Positions 31,525 to 41,170 of a stretch of DNA of 64,000 nt are shown piece after piece. Both the position numbers and the translations under genes were made by a program. The stretch lies in NCBI RefSeq assembly GCF_024700885.2, contig NZ_CP117016.1. One strand, written 5' to 3'. Source of the stretch: Escherichia coli. GTDB lineage: Bacteria > Pseudomonadota > Gammaproteobacteria > Enterobacterales > Enterobacteriaceae. Positions within the stretch are counted from its first letter, which is position 1; the number at the start of each line of letters is the position of its first letter. The notes under the pieces are model-generated. The model was not told the origin of the DNA. It saw only the letters and a list, made by a program, of their open reading frames with translations, and ran no database searches.

Positions 31525-31947
31525 TTATTTCGCCAACACCGCTGCTGCCGCTTTCGCGACCTGCGCATCCTGTGCTCCGGTTAAACCAGAAACGCCCACG
31601 GCACCAATAATTTGCCCATCCACAACAACCGGTACGCCGCCTTCCAGCGACGTCAGTAACGGCGCAGTCACGAACGCGGTACGTCCGTTGTTCACCATCT
31701 CTTCATAGCCCTTAGTTTCACGACGCCCCAGCGCGGCGGTACGCGCTTTCTCCTGGGAGATGTAAGCCGCAATCGGCGCGCAATCGTCCATGCGACTTAA
31801 CGCCAGCAGATGACCGCCGTCATCGGCAACAGCAATGGAAACTGACCAGTTGTTTTTCTGAGCCTCTTCCTGACCTGCGGCAATAATTGCACTCGCCATT
31901 TGCTGGCTAAGAATGACTTTAGTTTTCATTTTGTTATTCCTTTTCAA
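31525..31947 (-). CDS. glcG: GlcG (DUF336 family, possible haem-binding) protein
   Basis: Small ORF between glcF and glcB; the start is probably at an internal Met giving about 134 aa. Confidence 0.8.
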   Translation of the reverse strand: MKRNNKMKTKVILSQQMASAIIAAGQEEAQKNNWSVSIAVADDGGHLLALSRMDDCAPIAAYISQEKARTAALGRRETKGYEEMVNNGRTAFVTAPLLTSLEGGVPVVVDGQIIGAVGVSGLTGAQDAQVAKAAAAVLAK

Positions 31948-33157
31948 GGGCTTGTTCTACAATTTCAATCCAGTGACGCACAGAGGTACGACCGGCGCTC
32001 GCCAGATGCGTCTGGCAACCAATGTTGGCGGTGACGATCATTTCCGGTTTGCCGCTTTCCAGCGCATTCATTTTGTTATCCCGCAGCTGGCGCGCCAGAT
32101 CGGGATGCGTTAACGCATATGTTCCCGCTGAACCGCAGCACAGATGGCTGTCGGGAACGTCCGTTAAGGTAAATCCAAGACGAAGTAACACTTTTTCCAC
32201 TTCGCCGTTCAGCTTTTGCGCATGTTGCAGGGTACACGGGCAGTGGAAGGCCAGTTTTTTATCGCCGCGAATTGCCAGTTTTTCCAGCGGTTCCTCGCGC
32301 AGAAGTTCGACTAAATCGACCGCCAGCTCACTGACCTGACGCGCTTTATCGGCATACAACGCATCGTTTTTCAGCATCTGCCCATACTCTTTGACAAACG
32401 CGCCACAACCGCTGGCGGTTTGCAAAATTGCCTCGGCACCTGCTTCAATCGCGGGCCACCAGGCATCAATATTATTGCGCGCCCGCGCCAGCCCTTTCTC
32501 TTGCGCATTAAGATGATAGTCCACCGCGCCACAACAGCCTGCTTCGTTAGCTGGCATGACGCTGATCCCCAGACGATCCAGCACTCGCGCAGTTGCCGCG
32601 TTGGTGTTGGGCGAAAGCGTAGGCTGGGCGCAGCCTTCCAGCATTAAAACCCGACGCTTATGGCGCAGCGGTGGACGCGGTTTAGCTTTCACGGTTTCAG
32701 CAGGCAGTTTTGCTCTGACCTGTTCCGGTAAAAACGGTCGCAGCACCAGCCCTACCTGCGTCAGCGCACGGAAGACCGCCGGACGCGGCACTACCTGGCG
32801 CAATCCTTCGCGCAGCATTCGCTCCGGCAGTGGGCGTTTCACTTTCTGCTCGACAATATCACGCCCGATATCCAGCAAATTGTGATAGCGCACACCAGAA
32901 GGACAGGTGGTTTCACAATTGCGGCAAGTGAGACAGCGATCGAGATGCTCCTGTGTTTTAAGCGTGACTTCGTTGCCTTCCAGCACCTGTTTAATCAGAT
33001 AGATGCGCCCGCGCGGCCCGTCCAGTTCATCGCCCAGGAGCTGATAGGTTGGGCAGGTTGCGGTACAAAATCCGCAGTGAACACAGGCGCGCAGGATGCT
33101 GTCGGCTTCCAGCGCCCGCGCGTTCTGCCGCATCTCTTCGGTTAATTGGGTTTGCAT
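31934..33157 (-). CDS. glcF: Glycolate oxidase iron-sulfur subunit
   Basis: Two 4Fe-4S ferredoxin-type cysteine clusters (CVHCGFCTATCP, CLTCRNCETTCP) plus CCG-type cysteine-rich domains; start placed at MQTQLTEEM (about 407 aa), the track ORF being over-extended. Confidence 0.88.
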   Translation of the reverse strand: MQTQLTEEMRQNARALEADSILRACVHCGFCTATCPTYQLLGDELDGPRGRIYLIKQVLEGNEVTLKTQEHLDRCLTCRNCETTCPSGVRYHNLLDIGRDIVEQKVKRPLPERMLREGLRQVVPRPAVFRALTQVGLVLRPFLPEQVRAKLPAETVKAKPRPPLRHKRRVLMLEGCAQPTLSPNTNAATARVLDRLGISVMPANEAGCCGAVDYHLNAQEKGLARARNNIDAWWPAIEAGAEAILQTASGCGAFVKEYGQMLKNDALYADKARQVSELAVDLVELLREEPLEKLAIRGDKKLAFHCPCTLQHAQKLNGEVEKVLLRLGFTLTDVPDSHLCCGSAGTYALTHPDLARQLRDNKMNALESGKPEMIVTANIGCQTHLASAGRTSVRHWIEIVEQALEKE

Positions 33158-33167
33158 AGCCTGCTCC

Positions 33168-34220
33168 TTAAAGCTCCGCGTACATGCGACCGGGATTAAA
33201 CACGCCGCAAGGGTCGAGCTGCTGTTTAAGCTGCTGGTGATAGCGGAATAAAGGAGCCGGTAGCGGGGCAAAACCACCATCTCCGGCACTAAAGCGGGTC
33301 GCATGACCGCCAGCGTTGCGGGCGATGCGATGGATTTGATTGTCATCGGCTGTCGATTTCAGCCAGCGTAGCGCCCCGCCCCAGTCGATCAGTTGCTCGC
33401 CGGGTAAATCTATCATCGGCGCATCGCTGGGTAAGGAAATGCGCCATAAGGTACCTGGTAACGAGAAGAACGGCAGTTGTTGTTCACGCAATTGCTGCCA
33501 GAACTGACCCGCAACCTCTTCGCCCCCCAGCAGTTCACGCGCTGCTTTTACCGATCCTTCGCCGCCCTCAAGGCGGATCCACAACGCATTGTCGAAGTAA
33601 CATAAGCCACTAATGGGTAATGGCTGGAGTTGCCACTGGGCGATTTCATTCATGGCTTCTTGCAGGCTGATTTCCCGACGCAGGCTCAGGGAGGCGCGCG
33701 GTCGCGGTAACACTTTCATCGAGATTTCAGTGAGCACGCCAAGACAACCGTAGCTTCCGGCCATTAACCGTGAGAGATCGTATCCGGCAACGTTTTTCAT
33801 CACTTCGCCACCAAAACGCAGATGTTTTCCAGTGCCGGTAATGATGCGCGTGCCGAGGACAAAATCGCGGACCGAACCGCTCCACGGGCGACGCGGCCCC
33901 GCCAGCCCGCAGGCGATCATCCCGCCCCAGGTGGCTTCTTCACCATAATGCGGCGGCTCGCAGGGGAGCATTTGCCCGGCGCTCTCCAGCGCCGCTTCAA
34001 TCGCCACCAGCGGCGTTCCGGCACGCGCGGTTATCACCAGCTCGGTCGGGTCGTAATTAACAATGCCTCGATGACAACGCACATCCAGCGTTTGCCCGGT
34101 GACAGGGCGACCTAAAAAGGCTTTGCTATTGCTGCCCTGAATCACCAGCGGCGTTTTATCGCTAATCGCCTGATTCACCTGGTCCAGCAGCGCCTGGCTG
34201 TAATCACACTCGCGTAGCAT
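33168..34220 (-). CDS. glcE: Glycolate oxidase FAD-binding subunit
   Basis: 350 aa FAD-binding PCMH-type domain protein; operon position. Confidence 0.88.
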   Translation of the reverse strand: MLRECDYSQALLDQVNQAISDKTPLVIQGSNSKAFLGRPVTGQTLDVRCHRGIVNYDPTELVITARAGTPLVAIEAALESAGQMLPCEPPHYGEEATWGGMIACGLAGPRRPWSGSVRDFVLGTRIITGTGKHLRFGGEVMKNVAGYDLSRLMAGSYGCLGVLTEISMKVLPRPRASLSLRREISLQEAMNEIAQWQLQPLPISGLCYFDNALWIRLEGGEGSVKAARELLGGEEVAGQFWQQLREQQLPFFSLPGTLWRISLPSDAPMIDLPGEQLIDWGGALRWLKSTADDNQIHRIARNAGGHATRFSAGDGGFAPLPAPLFRYHQQLKQQLDPCGVFNPGRMYAEL

Positions 34221-35719
34221 CAGAAACGCTCCAGTTCAGGGAAAGGTAAATGACCGTGATGCACATGCATGGCACCAAATTCAGCACAGCGGTGTAGCGT
34301 GGGAATGTTTTTCCCAGGGTTCAGCAAACCATCGGGGTCAAACGCCGCCTTGACCGCATGGAAGGTCGTGATTTCATCGCTGTTGAACTGGGCGCACATT
34401 TGATTGATTTTTTCGCGCCCGATGCCATGTTCCCCACTGATGCTGCCGCCAACTTCAACGCAGAGTTCGAGGATCTTCCCGCCCAGCTCTTCCGCGCGGG
34501 CAAATTCACCGGGTTCGTTGGCATCGAAAAGGATTAACGGGTGCATGTTGCCGTCTCCGGCATGAAAGACGTTGGCAACGCGTAAATCATATTGCTGCGA
34601 TAAACGGGCAATGCCTTCCAGTACGCCAGGCAGAGCGCGGCGCGGGATGGTGCCATCCATGCAGTAGTAATCCGGGGAGATTCGTCCTACCGCCGGGAAC
34701 GCATTTTTGCGACCGGCCCAGAAACGTACGCGCTCTGCTTCGTCCTGTGCCAGACGGACGTCAGTCGCGCCCGCTTTCAACAAGATGTCGTTAACCCGCT
34801 CGCAGTCTTCCTGTACGTCAGACTCCACGCCGTCCAGCTCGCATAACAAAATCGCTTCGGCGTCGACCGGATAACCGGCATGAATAAAATCTTCCGCCGC
34901 GCGGATCGACAGGTTATCCATCATCTCCAGCCCGCCGGGGATAATGCCATTGGCGATGATGTCACCAACCGCAAGTCCGGCTTTTTCTACCGAGTCAAAG
35001 CTGGCTAACAGAACCCGCGCCACGGGCGGCTTCGGCAACAGCTTCACCGTTACTTCGGTGGTCACGCCGAGCATACCTTCCGATCCGGTGAACAGCGCCA
35101 GCAGGTCAAAACCAGGCGAATCCAGCGCGTCCGATCCCAGCGTCAGCGCCTCGCCGTCCAGAGTTTGAACTTCAATTTTCAGCAGGTTATGTACGGTCAG
35201 ACCATATTTCAGGCAGTGAACGCCACCGGCATTTTCCGCCACATTGCCGCCAATCGAACAGGCGATTTGTGAGGAAGGATCCGGCGCGTAATAGAGATTA
35301 TGCGGCGCAACGGCTTGGGAGATCGCCAGGTTACGCACGCCCGGCTGCACGCGCGCGCGGCGGCCAATGGGGTTAATGTCGAGGATCTCTTTAAAGCGCG
35401 CCATCACCAACAACACACCTTTTTCCAGCGGCAGCGCGCCACCAGAAAGCCCGGTGCCTGCACCACGGGTCACCACCGGTACACGCAGGCGGTGGCAGAC
35501 AGCCAGAATCGCCGTCACCTGTTCCATCTGCTTTGGCAAAACAACCAGTAATGGACGCGTGCGATACGCGCTCAACCCGTCACACTCGTAAGGAATGATC
35601 TCCTCATCGGTATGCAGGATCTCCAGTCCAGGGACATGCTCACGCAGTGCCATCAGTACCGATGTGCGGTCGACATCGGGTAAAGCGCCATCAAGACGCT
35701 CTTCGTACAAGATGCTCAT
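34220..35719 (-). CDS. glcD: Glycolate oxidase subunit GlcD (FAD-linked oxidase)
   Basis: 499 aa; FAD-binding domain plus C-terminal FAD-oxidase domain; first gene of glcDEFGBA. Confidence 0.9.
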   Translation of the reverse strand: MSILYEERLDGALPDVDRTSVLMALREHVPGLEILHTDEEIIPYECDGLSAYRTRPLLVVLPKQMEQVTAILAVCHRLRVPVVTRGAGTGLSGGALPLEKGVLLVMARFKEILDINPIGRRARVQPGVRNLAISQAVAPHNLYYAPDPSSQIACSIGGNVAENAGGVHCLKYGLTVHNLLKIEVQTLDGEALTLGSDALDSPGFDLLALFTGSEGMLGVTTEVTVKLLPKPPVARVLLASFDSVEKAGLAVGDIIANGIIPGGLEMMDNLSIRAAEDFIHAGYPVDAEAILLCELDGVESDVQEDCERVNDILLKAGATDVRLAQDEAERVRFWAGRKNAFPAVGRISPDYYCMDGTIPRRALPGVLEGIARLSQQYDLRVANVFHAGDGNMHPLILFDANEPGEFARAEELGGKILELCVEVGGSISGEHGIGREKINQMCAQFNSDEITTFHAVKAAFDPDGLLNPGKNIPTLHRCAEFGAMHVHHGHLPFPELERF

Positions 35720-35969
35720 GAGTAGGCTTCGCTTTGTTGTGTTGTGTGGCAGCTGATTTTTGCGCGCTGCTTCTGTGAACAGTTATTAAGCGGGCTTTTC
35801 GTTTTCGTCTATCTCTTTAGCTACCGGTCAGACCATTTTTTTTCCAGCTCTGTGACCTTGTCTTGGTTAACTTAATGTTAAATTGATGTAACATAATCAC
35901 TTACGTGATGTGCGTGTTTTGCGAGTTAAGAACAGAAAAATTGGTCCTACCTGTGCACGAGGTCCGGGA

Positions 35970-36734
35970 ATGAAAGATGAACGTCGCCCTATTTGCGAAG
36001 TGGTTGCAGAGAGTATCGAACGGTTAATTATCGACGGCGTACTGAAGGTCGGTCAGCCGCTTCCCTCGGAACGTCGACTGTGTGAAAAGCTCGGCTTCTC
36101 ACGCTCCGCACTGCGTGAAGGGCTGACCGTGCTGCGCGGGCGCGGGATTATTGAAACAGCGCAGGGTCGCGATTCTCGTGTCGCACGGCTTAATCGGGTG
36201 CAGGACACCAGCCCGCTGATCCATCTGTTCAGTACGCAGCCGCGAACGCTGTATGATCTGCTCGACGTTCGCGCATTACTGGAGGGCGAATCGGCAAGGC
36301 TGGCGGCAACGCTGGGAACCCAGGCTGATTTTGTTGTGATAACCCGCTGTTATGAAAAAATGCTCGCCGCCAGTGAGAACAACAAAGAGATTTCGCTGAT
36401 CGAACATGCGCAGTTGGATCACGCTTTCCATCTCGCCATTTGTCAGGCTTCTCACAATCAGGTGCTGGTGTTTACACTGCAATCATTGACCGACTTGATG
36501 TTTAATTCAGTGTTTGCCAGCGTAAATAATCTCTACCATCGACCACAGCAAAAAAAGCAGATCGATCGCCAGCATGCGCGGATCTACAACGCGGTGTTGC
36601 AGCGGCTGCCGCACGTCGCCCAGCGCGCAGCACGCGATCATGTGCGGACCGTGAAAAAGAATCTCCACGATATCGAGCTGGAAGGTCACCATTTGATTCG
36701 CTCGGCGGTGCCGCTGGAGATGAACCAGAGTTAG
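35970..36734 (+). CDS. glcC: Glycolate operon transcriptional activator (GntR/FadR family)
   Basis: N-terminal winged HTH (RLCEKLGFSRSALREGLTVL); divergent from glcD; start taken at MKDERRPI (about 254 aa). Confidence 0.88.
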   Translation: MKDERRPICEVVAESIERLIIDGVLKVGQPLPSERRLCEKLGFSRSALREGLTVLRGRGIIETAQGRDSRVARLNRVQDTSPLIHLFSTQPRTLYDLLDVRALLEGESARLAATLGTQADFVVITRCYEKMLAASENNKEISLIEHAQLDHAFHLAICQASHNQVLVFTLQSLTDLMFNSVFASVNNLYHRPQQKKQIDRQHARIYNAVLQRLPHVAQRAARDHVRTVKKNLHDIELEGHHLIRSAVPLEMNQS

Positions 36735-36740
36735 CTGGTA

Positions 36741-37883
36741 TTAAATCTGCTTTTCATACAATCGGTAACGCTTGTACGGCTCCGCCCCAATGCGTTCCAG
36801 CATGTTATTCATGCCTGTATTGGTTTCGAGGATCCATGACATTTCCAGCGCATCGATCTTCCGGCGGGCAAACGGATCGCGTAAGGCTTCAATCAATAAC
36901 AGCGCAATCACCGGGCCGATGCGGCTAAACTGATACTCGTCCCGCACGCCCATCAGCGGTACTCGCGCAGTTCGCACACCGCTGACTTTTAAACGCCACA
37001 GCAATTTTGCCCAGCCGAAGGGAAAGAGCGATCCGTTCAGATCGGCAATCGCCTCGTTGATGTTTGGCAAGCCGACAATAAACGCGCAGGGTGCAGAATC
37101 AATCTCAGCGATGTAGATCATATCGTCCGGCACCAGATATTTAAGTTGATCGCCCATGGTCGCGAATTCATGTTCGGTAAACGGCACAAATCCCCAGTTG
37201 TGCTGCCAGCCAGAGTTGAAAATCTCACGCAGGATCTGCATCTCTTCGGCAAACCGCTGGCGATTGATGCAGCGAATGGTCACCTTCTTACGCACCTGAT
37301 CCATCAGTTTTTTTAGCGCCGGAGAGAAAGTGAGATCGGTTCGCTGCATCCACCACGCCAGTAAATCAATGCCTTTGTGATAACCCAATTGTTCAATATG
37401 CGCGGCATACCACGGTTTGCCATGTGGCATCATCGCACAGGGTGGTGTGTCAAAACCTTCAATCAGTAATCCGCTTTCCTGATTGATATTCAGGCTGAAA
37501 GGCCCGCTGATCTTACTTGCACCTTGTGACTTCAACCACGCTTCCGCTGCGCCAAACAACGCGGCAAAAACCTGCGGATCATCAATGGCGTCAATCATGC
37601 CGAAATGACCGGTATCTTCGCCGTAACGCTCACGGTGCAAGGTATCGATTTGCGCGGTAATTCGCCCAACTATCTGCCCGGCTTTTTTTGCCACCCACGC
37701 CTGCCAGATGATATGGTCCGTCCCCGGATTCTTCGTAGACAAATGCTCGCTGCGTTCAATGAATAAAGGGGGTATCCAGTTTGGATCATCGGGATAAAGT
37801 GATGACGGAAAAGCGATAAATGCCTTAAGGTCATTTTTATTAATTACTTTTTCAATTTTAATCATCAGCAGATCGCATTCCAT
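36741..37883 (-). CDS. yghO: YghO-family protein, candidate acyl-CoA N-acyltransferase (GNAT-like fold); possible lipid N-acyltransferase
   Basis: About 375-380 aa soluble protein divergent from the lipid operon; family assignment from memory; function inferred from genomic context only. Confidence 0.5.
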   Translation of the reverse strand: MECDLLMIKIEKVINKNDLKAFIAFPSSLYPDDPNWIPPLFIERSEHLSTKNPGTDHIIWQAWVAKKAGQIVGRITAQIDTLHRERYGEDTGHFGMIDAIDDPQVFAALFGAAEAWLKSQGASKISGPFSLNINQESGLLIEGFDTPPCAMMPHGKPWYAAHIEQLGYHKGIDLLAWWMQRTDLTFSPALKKLMDQVRKKVTIRCINRQRFAEEMQILREIFNSGWQHNWGFVPFTEHEFATMGDQLKYLVPDDMIYIAEIDSAPCAFIVGLPNINEAIADLNGSLFPFGWAKLLWRLKVSGVRTARVPLMGVRDEYQFSRIGPVIALLLIEALRDPFARRKIDALEMSWILETNTGMNNMLERIGAEPYKRYRLYEKQI

Positions 37884-38159
37884 ATCTCTGTGGATAACAA
37901 ATAATTAACGGTGACAAACAGATTGCAACAGCAACGAACGGCACCTTAATAATCAACCCAATGAATACAAACGACGAATAAATAGTATTTATTAATGATT
38001 ACGATAAGGTTAGAGACTACACAGAAGCGCCACAATGCCTTTTGTCGATTTAAGGCGACCGGACAAGGCTTCTTCTTAATATATTCACAAATTAAATATC
38101 ATTCACAATAAAAACAAAAAAACTCAAACTCATTATTTAAATCAATGTTCATTTTCACA

Positions 38160-38227
38160 CTGATGAAAATACTATCTCATTTATCTTTTATGCCTATATA
38201 ATCCACCGCATTATTGTCATTTTATTT
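38160..38227 (+). promoter_or_regulatory. Candidate promoter for the lipid-biosynthesis operon in the AT-rich yghO-divergent intergenic region
   Basis: TATAAT hexamer at about 38197-38202, some 25-55 nt upstream of the candidate start codons; AT-rich upstream tract. Confidence 0.3.
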
Positions 38228-39979
38228 TTGATATCCAATTTTTTCGTGGTGTATATGTCTAATAAAATCTTTACGCATTCCCTACCTATGCGCTATGCCG
38301 ATTTTCCAACGCTGGTTGATGCTTTGGACTACGCCGCTCTGAGTAGCGCCGGAATGAATTTTTATGACAGACGTTGCCAACTTGAAGATCAACTGGAATA
38401 TCAGACGTTAAAAGCGCGTGCCGAAGCTGGTGCGAAGCGGTTGTTATCGCTGAACCTGAAAAAAGGCGATCGCGTGGCGCTGATTGCCGAAACCAGTAGC
38501 GGGTTCGTAGAGGCTTTTTTTTCCTGCCAGTATGCCGGCTTAGTCGCCGTCCCGTTGGCGATTCCAATGGGCGTCGGTCAGCGGGATTCCTGGAGCGCCA
38601 AACTGCAGGGTTTACTGGCAAGTTGCCAGCCCGCAGCCATTATCACTGGTGATGAGTGGTTACCGCTGGTCAATGCCGCGACGCATAACAACAACCCCGA
38701 ATTACATGTTTTAAGCCACGCCTGGTTTAAGACATTACCGGAAGCCGATGTTGCGCTCCAGCGTCCAGTTCCGAACGATATCGCCTACCTCCAGTACACT
38801 TCCGGCAGCACCCGTTTTCCCCGTGGCGTCATTATCACCCATCGCGAAGTGATGGCTAATCTACGTGCTATAAGCCACGATGGCATTAAATTACGCCCTG
38901 GCGACCGCTGCGTCTCCTGGCTGCCTTTCTACCATGATATGGGACTGGTCGGCTTTCTCCTGACCCCCGTCGCCACGCAGCTTTCAGTAGATTATTTGCG
39001 CACTCAGGATTTTGCCATGCGTCCTCTGCAATGGCTTAAATTGATCAGTAAAAATCGCGGCACCGTTTCCGTTGCGCCGCCGTTTGGCTATGAATTGTGC
39101 CAGCGCCGCGTGAATGAAAAAGATCTCGCTGAACTGGATCTTTCCTGCTGGCGCGTCGCTGGTATTGGTGCAGAACCCATCTCCGCAGAACAACTCCATC
39201 AATTCGCTGAATGTTTCCGTCAGGTCAACTTTGACGATAAAACTTTCATGCCGTGCTACGGACTGGCAGAAAATGCGCTGGCTGTCAGCTTCTCTGATGA
39301 AGCTTCCGGGGTTGTGGTTAACGAAGTGGATCGCGACATCCTCGAATATCAGGGCAAAGCCGTCGCGCCGGATGCTGAAACACGCGCCGTATCGACTTTC
39401 GTCAACTGCGGTAAAGCGTTGCCGGAACATGGCATTGAAATCCGCAATGAAGCAGGTATGCCGGTCGCGGAACGTGTGGTAGGCCATATTTGCATCTCCG
39501 GCCCCAGCCTGATGAGCGGTTACTTTGGCGACCAGATTTCACAAGACGAGATTGCCGCGACGGGCTGGTTAGACACCGGCGACCTCGGTTATCTGCTGGA
39601 CGGTTATCTGTATGTCACCGGACGCATTAAAGATCTGATTATTATTCGTGGCCGTAATATCTGGCCGCAGGATATTGAATATATTGCGGAACAGGAACCG
39701 GAAATTCATTCTGGCGATGCGATTGCTTTTGTTACCGCCCAGGAAAAAATCATTTTGCAGATCCAGTGTCGGATCAGCGATGAAGAACGTCGCGGGCAGC
39801 TTATCCACGCGCTGGCAGCACGGATCCAAAGCGAATTTGGCGTGACCGCGGCTATCGATCTGTTGCCGCCCCACAGTATTCCCCGAACGTCCTCCGGCAA
39901 GCCTGCCCGTGCGGAAGCGAAAAAACGTTATCAGAAGGCTTATGCTGCAAGCCTTCATGTGCAGGAATCCCTGGCATGA
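38228..39979 (+). CDS. Fatty acyl-AMP ligase / acyl-ACP synthetase (adenylate-forming enzyme)
   Basis: About 575-583 aa; AMP-binding signature LQYTSGSTRFPRGV; C-terminal lysine region; the true start may be the ATG at 38255. Confidence 0.8.
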   Translation: MISNFFVVYMSNKIFTHSLPMRYADFPTLVDALDYAALSSAGMNFYDRRCQLEDQLEYQTLKARAEAGAKRLLSLNLKKGDRVALIAETSSGFVEAFFSCQYAGLVAVPLAIPMGVGQRDSWSAKLQGLLASCQPAAIITGDEWLPLVNAATHNNNPELHVLSHAWFKTLPEADVALQRPVPNDIAYLQYTSGSTRFPRGVIITHREVMANLRAISHDGIKLRPGDRCVSWLPFYHDMGLVGFLLTPVATQLSVDYLRTQDFAMRPLQWLKLISKNRGTVSVAPPFGYELCQRRVNEKDLAELDLSCWRVAGIGAEPISAEQLHQFAECFRQVNFDDKTFMPCYGLAENALAVSFSDEASGVVVNEVDRDILEYQGKAVAPDAETRAVSTFVNCGKALPEHGIEIRNEAGMPVAERVVGHICISGPSLMSGYFGDQISQDEIAATGWLDTGDLGYLLDGYLYVTGRIKDLIIIRGRNIWPQDIEYIAEQEPEIHSGDAIAFVTAQEKIILQIQCRISDEERRGQLIHALAARIQSEFGVTAAIDLLPPHSIPRTSSGKPARAEAKKRYQKAYAASLHVQESLA

Positions 39980-40890
39980 ATCAAACTGTCGCGGTGACGG
40001 GCGCTACCGGGTTTATCGGTAAATATATTATCGATAACCTGCTCGCCCGCGGCTTTCACGTTCGCGCATTGACGCGTACTGCCCGCGCTCACGTCAATGA
40101 CAATCTCATCTGGGTGCGCGGTTCTCTGGAAGATACTCATTCACTTAGCGAACTGGTTGCCGGAGCCAGCGCGGTGGTCCATTGCGCCGGACAAGTGCGC
40201 GGGCACAAAGAAGAGATTTTTACCCGCTGTAACGTTGACGGCAGCCTGCGACTGATGCAAGCGGCAAAAGAGAGCGGCTTTTGCCAACGTTTTCTGTTTA
40301 TCTCTTCGCTGGCGGCGCGCCATCCCGAACTCTCCTGGTACGCAAATTCCAAACACGTCGCCGAACAACGGCTGACCGCAATGGCTGACGAAATTACGCT
40401 GGGCATTTTTCGCCCGACAGCCGTGTATGGTCCCGGCGATAAAGAGTTAAAACCGCTGTTTGACTGGATGCTGCGCGGCCTACTGCCACGACTTGGTGCG
40501 CCAGATACACAGCTCTCTTTCCTGCACGTCACCGATTTCGCGCAAGCCGTGGGGCAGTGGTTAAGCGCCGAAACTGTACAGACGCAAACCTATGAATTAT
40601 GCGATGGCGTCGCCGGCGGCTATGACTGGCAACGCGTAAGACAGCTTGCCGCCGACGCCCGTTGCGGTTCCGTTCGAATGGTTGGTATTCCTCTGTCGGT
40701 ACTCACCTGCCTTGCGGATATCAGTACTGCGTTGAGTCGCCTGGCAGGTAAAGAACCTATGCTGACCCGCTCGAAAATTCGTGAATTAACCCACGCCGAC
40801 TGGTCGGCAAATAATAACCGTATTTCTGAAGATATTAATTGGTTTCCCGGGATTAGCCTGGAACACGCATTACGCAACGGGCTATTTTGA
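39976..40890 (+). CDS. NAD(P)-dependent epimerase/dehydratase-family reductase (extended SDR), candidate 3-keto reductase
   Basis: 304 aa; Rossmann motif VTGATGFIGKYI; YxxxK catalytic motif (YANSK); start overlaps upstream stop (ATGA). Confidence 0.75.
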   Translation: MNQTVAVTGATGFIGKYIIDNLLARGFHVRALTRTARAHVNDNLIWVRGSLEDTHSLSELVAGASAVVHCAGQVRGHKEEIFTRCNVDGSLRLMQAAKESGFCQRFLFISSLAARHPELSWYANSKHVAEQRLTAMADEITLGIFRPTAVYGPGDKELKPLFDWMLRGLLPRLGAPDTQLSFLHVTDFAQAVGQWLSAETVQTQTYELCDGVAGGYDWQRVRQLAADARCGSVRMVGIPLSVLTCLADISTALSRLAGKEPMLTRSKIRELTHADWSANNNRISEDINWFPGISLEHALRNGLF

Positions 40891-40921
40891 TTGTCTTGTT
40901 TAAAGGTGTGTTAACGTTTCT

Positions 40922-41170
40922 ATGGTAAATCGTGAAATAGTAATGGATTACATCCTTTCCTGTTTACAGGATTTGGTCGAAAACGGTGTGGAAATTAAGC
41001 CCGACAGCGATCTCGTCAACGATCTTGGCCTGGAGTCGATCAAAGTGATGGATCTCTTAATGATGCTGGAAGACAGATTCGATATTTCCATTCCTATTAA
41101 TATTCTGCTGGATGTCAAAACCCCTGCGCAATTAATGGAAACACTACTTCCATGGCTGGAGAATAAATAA
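40922..41170 (+). CDS. Dedicated acyl carrier protein
   Basis: 82 aa acidic protein with the phosphopantetheine attachment motif DLGLESIKVMDL. Confidence 0.75.
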   Translation: MVNREIVMDYILSCLQDLVENGVEIKPDSDLVNDLGLESIKVMDLLMMLEDRFDISIPINILLDVKTPAQLMETLLPWLENK

